A stretch of DNA of 64,000 nucleotides from an uncultured Cytophagia bacterium (GTDB lineage: Bacteria > Zhuqueibacterota > Zhuqueibacteria > Residuimicrobiales > Krinioviventaceae): the NCBI GenBank assembly GCA_964399735.1, contig CAYNSO010000001.1:85559-149558 (forward strand), in the 5' to 3' direction. The translations under genes and the position numbers were made by a program. The notes beneath the pieces were generated by a model, which searched no databases, had not been told where the DNA came from, and was given only the letters and a program-made list of their open reading frames with translations. Shown here piece after piece: positions 38,487 through 46,243 of this stretch (its first letter is position 1; each line of letters starts with the position of its first letter).

Positions 38487-40196
38487 TTACTTTGCTCCAA
38501 TACAATACAGGTTTTCCGAACCGCGCAGATAAAGACGTTCTTCCATGACCACCGGTATAGCGCTGGTCTCTTCACCTAACGGCATCGATCCAACCGGATG
38601 GAATTCCTTATCCGCTTTAAAAATTTGCATCACGCCATCCAAATCCATAATATAAACATTATCGCCAATTAATATCGGTGAGGAATAAAAGCCCTGGTCA
38701 AAATCGTGCAGCCAGTATTTTTCACCGGTTGTGGCGTCCAGGCAGGTCATGGCGCCATAGCTGGTGGGAATAAACAGGTACTCCGGTGTAACAAGCAGAC
38801 TTGCGGCATCGGGCAGGTCATCGTTAAATTCCCAAACGATTTCCGGGGTTTCACCAGGCTTAATGGCAGCCAGGCTTGCGCCTTCGTTACCGGCATAAAC
38901 AAAACCATTCCCATAGACCGGTGATGAGCCCACTTCGCCGCCAAGACATTCCATCCGCCATAATTCTTTACCGGTTTCCGGATTATACGATACCACATTC
39001 GGGTTGGCGCTGAGGATCAGTTCCCAGTGGCTGCCGGTATTGGCGAGAATCGGTGAAGCCCATGAGAGCCCCATATCACGCGGGGTAATCCATTCTTGTT
39101 TGCCGGTAGCTGCCTGTAATGCCATTACTGCGGCTTTGCCGGCATGGTCATATTGAATAAGCAGCAGATCGCGGTGCATAATCAGAGACGAAGAATGCCC
39201 GTAATGGTTTTCCGGTACGCCAAGGTTTTTTGCCCAGATTTTATTACCTTCAAAATCAAAACATACCACATCACCGTTGGCAAAAATTGCAAAGACATAA
39301 TTACCATCCGTGGTCATGGTGGGGGCAGCATAGCCGGTATCATCAGCAACTTTTGGTGATTCAGCCGGCGAGCCGGGTATGCCAGTTACATCACGCTGCC
39401 AAAGCAGATTGCCGGTTTGAGCGTCATAACAATAGACCTGACGTGTGGTTTCATCCGCGCCGCTAAAAAATATTTTATCATTCCACATTATCGGTGAATT
39501 CAGACCAGGCAAGGGTATGGGAGATTTCCAGATAATGTTCTCACCGCTTTCACCATCCCATTGCTGTGGAGCAGTGGTTAAGTGGGCAATTCCAAGTCCC
39601 CATGGACCGCGAAAGCCCGGCCAGTTCTTTTCAATATCGCTTGTTTCAGGAATTTTATAGTCGACCGATGCAGACGGCATTGATGCCGCCGGTTGAGCAA
39701 ACGCCGCTGTTTTCATCTCTTGCCGGGTTAACAGCGCCAGGGCGGTAACTGAAATGAATAAAATGATTCCAGACAGAGCTACCCATTTTTGCGTAAGTAA
39801 ACGCATTTCCCAGCTATTGCCTGAGGTTTTCGGTAATTCGGGGTATTTTATAGTCATGGAACGAATTGATTTAATGGCCACTAACAGGATCACCAGGGCT
39901 GCCAGCAACATATAGCCGCCAAAGTTGATCTGCCACTGCCGGGTAAAATATGCCTTGCGAGCCAGTAAATCCAGGGCACGAATTTGCTCGCGCAATTCAG
40001 CATTGTTGGGATCAGCATCGAGTTGGATATACAGCTTTTCCAGCGCCGGGCTTTCCAGGGGTGGATTGGCTTTTAATTGTAAATAATTGAGTATAAAAAA
40101 AGCGCTGATCAGAATGATAAATGCCGCGGCAATGATCGCAATTCTTTGCAGCAGATTTTGTGCAGCAGGAATGTTTTCAGAATTAAAAAATTTCAA
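38487..40196 (-). CDS. PQQ/BamB-like beta-propeller anchored by three TM helices
   Basis: Three hydrophobic helices in the first ~165 aa, then WPGFRGPWG and repeated A.D..TG...W-type blades (CYDAQTGNLLW, ALQAATGKQEW, SYNPETGKELW, CLDATTGEKYW). Confidence 0.8.
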   Translation of the reverse strand: MKFFNSENIPAAQNLLQRIAIIAAAFIILISAFFILNYLQLKANPPLESPALEKLYIQLDADPNNAELREQIRALDLLARKAYFTRQWQINFGGYMLLAALVILLVAIKSIRSMTIKYPELPKTSGNSWEMRLLTQKWVALSGIILFISVTALALLTRQEMKTAAFAQPAASMPSASVDYKIPETSDIEKNWPGFRGPWGLGIAHLTTAPQQWDGESGENIIWKSPIPLPGLNSPIMWNDKIFFSGADETTRQVYCYDAQTGNLLWQRDVTGIPGSPAESPKVADDTGYAAPTMTTDGNYVFAIFANGDVVCFDFEGNKIWAKNLGVPENHYGHSSSLIMHRDLLLIQYDHAGKAAVMALQAATGKQEWITPRDMGLSWASPILANTGSHWELILSANPNVVSYNPETGKELWRMECLGGEVGSSPVYGNGFVYAGNEGASLAAIKPGETPEIVWEFNDDLPDAASLLVTPEYLFIPTSYGAMTCLDATTGEKYWLHDFDQGFYSSPILIGDNVYIMDLDGVMQIFKADKEFHPVGSMPLGEETSAIPVVMEERLYLRGSENLYCIGAK

Positions 40197-40199
40197 TAT

Positions 40200-41486
40200 T
40201 TATACTCCTTTTAACTCATGTAAACGTTCATGTTCCTTCGGACAAGAGGTAAAACAACGCCCGCAACTCAAACAATTAGCCCGATCGGGTTCATAACTTG
40301 TGTGCCGCCGCCAGAATTGCAAATAAATTAGTTTCATCATAAACACCAGGGCGATAAATGCACCCAAAACCCATGAACCGGTTTTGAATTTTTTTTGTAC
40401 CTGTGCAGCTTGCTGATACAACACGGATGTCGGCGTTCCGGCGCTGCGAAAGGCTTTACTGTCGTCGGTGATGACACTGGTTTGCCCTGTATCTTCAAGA
40501 CGGATCTGCTCGGCAAGCTGAACAATGTAATGTTCGCGTGAAAGCAATATTGATAAACGCGAAAATGACCAGGCGCTGATCACGAGAATTACCGGGGTAA
40601 GCGCCAGCAGCAAGAATAACCTGCGCCGGGTTTTAGCCGGTTCACCGGGGTATTTATCGGGTGTAGGAATCTGAATGGCCTCGAACGGACAGGAATCAGC
40701 ACATAAATGGCACTGGATACATTCGTTCGGAGTGATGGTTGCGTGCCGTTTTGAGAGCATCGACAGCCATTTTAGCAGCACACCAAATGGACATAAAAAA
40801 CGGCAGTACGGCCGCGCGATGAACATACCGGTAATAATTATGACAATACTGAAAATAAACATTCCTTCATTAAAACCGAACCGGAAAAAACCGACGAATG
40901 GGTCAAACCGACAGATCAGATAACCTGCGCCGGTGGCTGCATAAAGTACAGCAAAACCAAGATAGAGATAGGGTATCAAGCCCAGTACCTGATTCAGCCA
41001 GGCAGGTATTTTTTGCGGCCGAACAATCACGGCATCTTGAACAGCGCCCAGGGGGCAAACAGCGGCGCAAAATGTGCGGCCAAAGAACAAGGTGAAAATT
41101 AATGGTAAAATAAAAAATACCACTGCAGATAATGGAATAATGTAGGTTGAATCAAACAACGCCGTAGTTACATTTTGAATAGAGCCGACCGGACAGATAC
41201 AACCCTGGCGATGAAAACCAAAATACCAGAGAGAAAACAACATCAAGGCAAATATCAATTTGCGGGAGCGACGTCGCAACACCAGCCAGGAAGAGAGCGA
41301 CAGTGTCAGCAATAACACCGTCATATCGACATATTGCCAGGTATCGGCGCGGGGAGTTGGACTGGTCGGTACCGGCTGTATATACCCTGATTCAAAATCC
41401 GGCCGCGGGAAACGTTGTTCAACAGGAAGGCAAAAGTGGTTGCCTATCGCCAATAGTACCAATAAAAAAAAGAGACCCTTTTTCAC
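40200..41486 (-). CDS. NapH/NosH-type integral-membrane polyferredoxin
   Basis: Multiple TM helices carrying CxxCP-type motifs (GCICPVGS, FCAAVCPLGA, YCRFLCPFG). Two ferredoxin motifs CIQCHLCADSCP and CLSCGRCFTSCP are separated by two extra TM helices. Confidence 0.8.
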   Translation of the reverse strand: MKKGLFFLLVLLAIGNHFCLPVEQRFPRPDFESGYIQPVPTSPTPRADTWQYVDMTVLLLTLSLSSWLVLRRRSRKLIFALMLFSLWYFGFHRQGCICPVGSIQNVTTALFDSTYIIPLSAVVFFILPLIFTLFFGRTFCAAVCPLGAVQDAVIVRPQKIPAWLNQVLGLIPYLYLGFAVLYAATGAGYLICRFDPFVGFFRFGFNEGMFIFSIVIIITGMFIARPYCRFLCPFGVLLKWLSMLSKRHATITPNECIQCHLCADSCPFEAIQIPTPDKYPGEPAKTRRRLFLLLALTPVILVISAWSFSRLSILLSREHYIVQLAEQIRLEDTGQTSVITDDSKAFRSAGTPTSVLYQQAAQVQKKFKTGSWVLGAFIALVFMMKLIYLQFWRRHTSYEPDRANCLSCGRCFTSCPKEHERLHELKGV

Positions 41487-42088
41487 GATATTTCTCCGTT
41501 TACCGGATTTGGCAGTTCCGAACTTGCTACGCCGCCGCGGAACAGGTATGGTTTATTGGCAGGCACACGCACAAAGGCATCTGCAGGGCAGCTTTTGGCA
41601 ATGGCACATTCATTACAATTGACACAACGGTCGTGCCGAACCTGTAAAAAAAGCGAACCATTGCCGAAGGAGTCACAACCTTTTACGCATTTGGCACAGC
41701 CGATACATAATTCTTCATCTATAGTATATTGAAAATATGGTTCCTCAATAAAAGTACGTTTTATAGCGCCGGCAGGACATTGCTGGCTTTCTGCAGCCGT
41801 ATCCAGATTTTTTACACCAGGTCGGTGATAGCCGCCACACAGATCGCAATAACCGCACATGGCATATTGATGCACGCATTTTACCGCCGAGGGACTGAGT
41901 ACACAATTGGTGGCGCAGCGTTCGCATTGAATACATTTATCGGGGTCGATTTGCCACACCAGGTTAGCCGGTGACGATTTACTCAGCGTTATTCCTGCCA
42001 GGCCGCCTATAGCCAGCGCGGCTGTGGTATGCAAACCTGCTTTAATAAATTGCCGGCGATGTACCGGTTTGTTGTCTTGTTCATTCAT
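41483..42088 (-). CDS. Tat-exported NapG/NosG-type ferredoxin with four [4Fe-4S]-type motifs
   Basis: Twin-arginine motif HRRQFIKAG followed by a hydrophobic region. Cys motifs CIQCERCATNC, CGYCDLCGG...CP, CIGCAKCVKGC and CVNCNECAIAKSCP. Confidence 0.85.
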   Translation of the reverse strand: MNEQDNKPVHRRQFIKAGLHTTAALAIGGLAGITLSKSSPANLVWQIDPDKCIQCERCATNCVLSPSAVKCVHQYAMCGYCDLCGGYHRPGVKNLDTAAESQQCPAGAIKRTFIEEPYFQYTIDEELCIGCAKCVKGCDSFGNGSLFLQVRHDRCVNCNECAIAKSCPADAFVRVPANKPYLFRGGVASSELPNPVNGEIS

Positions 42089-42114
42089 GACATGATCCTG
42101 TTACGAATATTTTA

Positions 42115-42315
42115 TTATCTACCGGGCATTTGTGCCGGTTGATGGGGACAATGACCGTTTTGTGAGCATCCGGCGCAGTCGCCTGGTGATGTACAGGGTT
42201 GTCCCTGGACTGATGGAACACTTTTTTTGCTCAGCAACAATGCCGCAAATACTGCCAACAGTGCAGCGGTTAAATATCTGATAATATCGGCAATAAATTC
42301 TCGTCGTGAGGTCAT
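42115..42315 (-). CDS. 66-aa protein with a twin-arginine-like N-terminus, one hydrophobic segment and a CX5CX2CX5C tail
   Basis: MTSRREFIADIIRYLTAALLAVFAALLLSKK then ...GQPCTSPGDCAGCSQNGHCPHQ. Its ATG overlaps the TGA of the upstream NHL gene (ATGA at 42312-42315). Coding status is inferred from this coupling and from the motifs. Confidence 0.5.
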   Translation of the reverse strand: MTSRREFIADIIRYLTAALLAVFAALLLSKKSVPSVQGQPCTSPGDCAGCSQNGHCPHQPAQMPGR

Positions 42316-43316
42316 ATTTTACCTGCAATTGAATTGTTATGTTGAAAAACCCGCACCACACGGGCGGACGGATCGAGAACATAGATACAATCATCGGTAT
42401 CAACGGCAACATCAAGGCCGACTGTGCCAGGGGTAAACAGTGATGGCGGCGCTACTATGCAAACAAATTGCCCGGCACGATTATAAACTTTAACCCGTTC
42501 CAGTCCTTTTTCCGCAGTGACAAACGAGCCATCAGACATCAGGGCAAAATGCGATGGATTACAGCAGCCGCTGAATCCTTCAATACCTATGGAGGAGATG
42601 CCCCAATGGGAGCGCAGCGCTCCTGTCGGGGTGTAATTTTCCAGCCTGAGCTTTCCGGTATTGACTGCCCAGATAAAACCGTCCTCATCCACAGCCACAT
42701 CAAAATAAGGGCTGGGAATCACGAAACCAATAATATCCCTGCTTACATCCCTCTCCCCTATCCGGTTCAGCAAATTTCCGTTTTGGTCATAACGAAGCAC
42801 AATCTGTTTACCGGCATCAGCGGCGTATACATTATCATTTAATGCAGCAATGGAAGTGATAAACGAATTGGCATGACAGGGCTGCCAGCGCTGTAATAAA
42901 GAGCCGGTGGTATCATAAATTTCGATATGATTTCCAACACCGGATAGAATGTTGAAATGTTGATCAACAGCAAGGCAGCTTATAGCATTGGCAGTTGTAA
43001 ATGAGCGTTGCAATTGGCCGTCCGGTGTGTAAACAAGAATACTGCTATCGCCGCTGACAATCAACCGTTTATCGAACGTTACTGCCAGAGCGCGGGGTTT
43101 TGCAAGATAGAGTTGAATTTTTCTGATTTGTGTATAGTGGATCAATTCCACCGGAACATGACGATAGGTTTCAATATCATATTCATAGGGATTATCGCTA
43201 GTCGGGGGAGTTTTACGGGCCAGGGAATGATAGCCCAACCAGGTAATACCAGTTGCAATAACAATCATAACCAGAATGGTTGTGATTGTTCGTATACCGG
43301 ATGATTGCCTGTTCAT
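42312..43316 (-). CDS. Membrane-anchored six-bladed NHL-type beta-propeller
   Basis: N-terminal TM anchor. Six units of the x-[IV]-x-[IVL]-[YF]-x3-G-x-[LF] type (ILVYTPDGQL, IEIYDTTGSL, VLRYDQNGNL, LENYTPTGAL, VKVYNRAGQF, VVRVFQ). GGAGGTGA RBS before ATG 43316. Confidence 0.7.
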   Translation of the reverse strand: MNRQSSGIRTITTILVMIVIATGITWLGYHSLARKTPPTSDNPYEYDIETYRHVPVELIHYTQIRKIQLYLAKPRALAVTFDKRLIVSGDSSILVYTPDGQLQRSFTTANAISCLAVDQHFNILSGVGNHIEIYDTTGSLLQRWQPCHANSFITSIAALNDNVYAADAGKQIVLRYDQNGNLLNRIGERDVSRDIIGFVIPSPYFDVAVDEDGFIWAVNTGKLRLENYTPTGALRSHWGISSIGIEGFSGCCNPSHFALMSDGSFVTAEKGLERVKVYNRAGQFVCIVAPPSLFTPGTVGLDVAVDTDDCIYVLDPSARVVRVFQHNNSIAGKI

Positions 43317-43419
43317 AAATCACCTCCAGAAAAAAAGCGGGATTTAATTGGCAGCAATTGCAAAAGCAAAAGCTGATGATAATGATTAAACAAAAAGAAA
43401 ATCCTTTTAATTTAAATTT

Positions 43420-44835
43420 TTAAATCTCTATACATACCATCCTTTTTGAATCCCGCAACAACATACGACCATCGGCAACAGCTATCGGTCCCCAGGCGTC
43501 CGGGCCGTCCAATACTTTAGTTCTGGCAAGCTGTTTGTAGCCCTGGGTACTTGCCTCAATAACAGTCAGTTCACCTTCATCGCTGAGGATAAAAAATTTA
43601 TCATCGACAAAAATATATGGGCCCAGGCCAAAACGGTTGGTTTTATCGCTGCTCCATACATAACGTGTAATATCATCAGGGTTGCAGCAGACAAACTGGT
43701 TGCGCATTGGTCCGGCGTCTTTGGGCAATACACAGAATAGATGACCTTGATAAAGAATCGGAGTTTGCTGTTCGGATGACAGGCCGTCTTTCGGGAGCGC
43801 TTTGTGCAGGATATCGACAGACCATACATTATTTTCTTCTTTTAATTGCAACAACATCGAACCGGCGCCATATCCTGCGGTTACAAAAATTCGTCCATCC
43901 GGTATAAAAATTGGCGATGGCGCAATTACGTTATGGCTCCAGGCCGTAGATTGCCACAGGATCTGTCCTGCATCATTCCCTGCTGCAGAAATACCGGCAA
44001 TACCGCCGGTTGAACAATAGATATACATTTTTTTATTGTTAAAAGTAACCGGCATAACAGAGGAATGGGACATTTGCCAGTTGCCGGGATTCGGTACGCT
44101 CCATACAACCTGGCCGGTTTTGCAACTGACTGCAATGACCAGTGCATCACCGCCGGTTGCAATTATTGCCAGCGAATCGTCGATAAGCGGGCACTGACCT
44201 GTGTACCAGAGCGGCACCTGGGCATTATAATCCTGCACCAGGTCTATACCCCAGCGAAAATTTCCTGAATCGGCATCCACGCACATTACGTGGCATTGCG
44301 GGCCAATTGTTACCACATATTCATCGGTAACCGCTGGAACGGTACGGGACAAGCCATGATTTCTTTTCATAGGATTGCTATACCAGCGCCGCCATATCTC
44401 TTCGCCGGAGAGCAGTGAAAAACATCGCAAGGCATCGGCATGGTTGGTTTCATCATAATCCAGCACATAGACCCGCCCTTTATGAATGGCCGGCCCGGCA
44501 TGACCTTCGCCGAGTTCAACAGACCATAAAATTTTGGGGGAACCGCCAGCCCAGGCTATATTTGCTTTCTCATTACTAAAATTATCAAAATTACTGCCCC
44601 GGAATCGCGGCCAGGAACCCTGCAACTGCCCGGCAACTCCGTTAAAACGCTGAAAGAACTCACCAATTTTTACTGCCGATGCTGATGAGTTGGATCGTTG
44701 CGGACGATTATCCATTCCGGGAACATTTTCGGTAAAGCGAGCGGTGGGATCATAAAATAACCAGAAACCGGTTACTCCGGCGGCGGATAGGATAAAGAAT
44801 ATAATTATAAATTTTATAACACGATTATAATTCAT
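43420..44835 (-). CDS. Membrane-anchored PQQ/BamB-like beta-propeller
   Basis: N-terminal signal-anchor helix. WPRFRGSNFDN motif. Blade motifs (CFSLLSGEEIW, CVDADSGNFRW, AVSCKTGQVVW). C-terminal ADGRMLLRD is shared with its paralogs. Confidence 0.8.
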   Translation of the reverse strand: MNYNRVIKFIIIFFILSAAGVTGFWLFYDPTARFTENVPGMDNRPQRSNSSASAVKIGEFFQRFNGVAGQLQGSWPRFRGSNFDNFSNEKANIAWAGGSPKILWSVELGEGHAGPAIHKGRVYVLDYDETNHADALRCFSLLSGEEIWRRWYSNPMKRNHGLSRTVPAVTDEYVVTIGPQCHVMCVDADSGNFRWGIDLVQDYNAQVPLWYTGQCPLIDDSLAIIATGGDALVIAVSCKTGQVVWSVPNPGNWQMSHSSVMPVTFNNKKMYIYCSTGGIAGISAAGNDAGQILWQSTAWSHNVIAPSPIFIPDGRIFVTAGYGAGSMLLQLKEENNVWSVDILHKALPKDGLSSEQQTPILYQGHLFCVLPKDAGPMRNQFVCCNPDDITRYVWSSDKTNRFGLGPYIFVDDKFFILSDEGELTVIEASTQGYKQLARTKVLDGPDAWGPIAVADGRMLLRDSKRMVCIEI

Positions 44836-44878
44836 AAATTTGAATTGTTATTGAGAAACGAAATAATATAAAAATTAA

Positions 44879-44902
44879 GGTGCGCCGGTAAAAGAACGCA
44901 CC
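44879..44902 (-). terminator. Weak hairpin that may act as an internal terminator or attenuator between propeller genes
   Basis: GGTGCG (44879-44884) / CGCACC (44897-44902) forms a 6-bp stem with a 12-nt loop. On the minus strand it is followed by the T-rich TTAATTTTTAT. It lies 57 nt after the upstream stop codon. Confidence 0.3.
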
Positions 44903-44958
44903 ATAATGCAAATAAATGTACAACAATTTGATTTTGAAAACAAACTGAATCGCAGCGA

Positions 44959-46218
44959 TCAAGCCTTAATTGAAAAGGCCTGTAACGATTCACCATGACG
45001 AACATACATAACGCCATTGGCAATGGAAATATGTGCCCAGAATGGGCCGCTGCCTTCGGTTATGGTAAAGGAACTGACCAGGTCAAATTTTTGCGGATTT
45101 GGTTTAACAAGCCCGACATTACCGTTCTTCTCATCATAAATATAGAGCATACCGTCGGCGGCAATGATTGACCCTTTACAATGCCAGGTCGTTTCGTACA
45201 TTGTCTTGCCGGTTTCCCAATCAAGGCACACCCAGTTACCGGTCATATTGTTTTTCCAGTTGGCGCCATAGATATATCCGTCCACGAGTACTACGCCGCC
45301 GTGATGAACGTCCAGCGTATTTTCTACCCATTTGCGGGTAACCTTTGTGCCGTCGTCAGAGAGTAGAAACATGGCGCTGCCGGAATTATATCCTTCGGTG
45401 ATAAAGATACCGCCGTCATGATAGACCGGTGAAGTCGGATTGATAGAACCATTTTTCGGCCAAAAATCTTTTAATGTCTCTTTCCATAATAAATCGCCGT
45501 TTATGCAGTCGATGCCAATAAATGATTTTTCTACAACGGTTGAGATAATTTTTTTGCCGCCGTATTCAATCATAATCGGGTTACAGTAGCTGGATTTATC
45601 AATCACACCTATCGGCACCCAAACGGTTGTGCCGGTCATTTTATTCAAAGCGACGACTGTGGCATCCGGGCCGCCCGGTGTACAGTAGACATTTTTTTCA
45701 TCTACCAGCAAACATTCCGAAATCCCCCATCTGTCGTATTCGCCACGAAACCGTTCAACGACATGGACAGCCCATTTTTGCGCGCCGGTATTGGCGTCGA
45801 AACAAACCAGCTGACCTACGCCGCTGATGACGTAAACCCGGTCGCTATCAATTGTTGGCGTTGATCTTGGATCAGGATAGGAATGCAGCCAGGCATCGCC
45901 GTACTTTTGCTTCCAAAGCATTTTGCCGGTCAGATCGAATGCCATAATATATTCTTGTTTGTCGAACATACCGGTAATATATAACTTGTTGTTGGCAACC
46001 GCAGCGGAAGAATGGCCGGCGCCAATAGTATTAACAGACCATAATAATTGGGGGCCGCTTTCCGGCCAAGATTTGAGCAGACCGGTTTCCGGGGAATGAC
46101 CATTGCGATTTGGCCCACGAAATTGCGGCCAGTCGGCAGCAATCAGAGTTTGATTGAATATAAACAAGATCACTACTGATAAAAACGCCAACCATGATAT
46201 TGATTTAAATATCTTCAT
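44959..46218 (-). CDS. Secreted PQQ/BamB-like beta-propeller (tandem paralog)
   Basis: Start at ATG 46218 with a GGAG RBS. Signal peptide MKIFKSISWLAFLSVVILFIF. WPQFRGPNRNG motif. Collinear similarity to the upstream paralog over the whole length. Confidence 0.8.
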   Translation of the reverse strand: MKIFKSISWLAFLSVVILFIFNQTLIAADWPQFRGPNRNGHSPETGLLKSWPESGPQLLWSVNTIGAGHSSAAVANNKLYITGMFDKQEYIMAFDLTGKMLWKQKYGDAWLHSYPDPRSTPTIDSDRVYVISGVGQLVCFDANTGAQKWAVHVVERFRGEYDRWGISECLLVDEKNVYCTPGGPDATVVALNKMTGTTVWVPIGVIDKSSYCNPIMIEYGGKKIISTVVEKSFIGIDCINGDLLWKETLKDFWPKNGSINPTSPVYHDGGIFITEGYNSGSAMFLLSDDGTKVTRKWVENTLDVHHGGVVLVDGYIYGANWKNNMTGNWVCLDWETGKTMYETTWHCKGSIIAADGMLYIYDEKNGNVGLVKPNPQKFDLVSSFTITEGSGPFWAHISIANGVMYVRHGESLQAFSIKA

Positions 46219-46243
46219 ACATAAACTCCACATAATTTTGATA

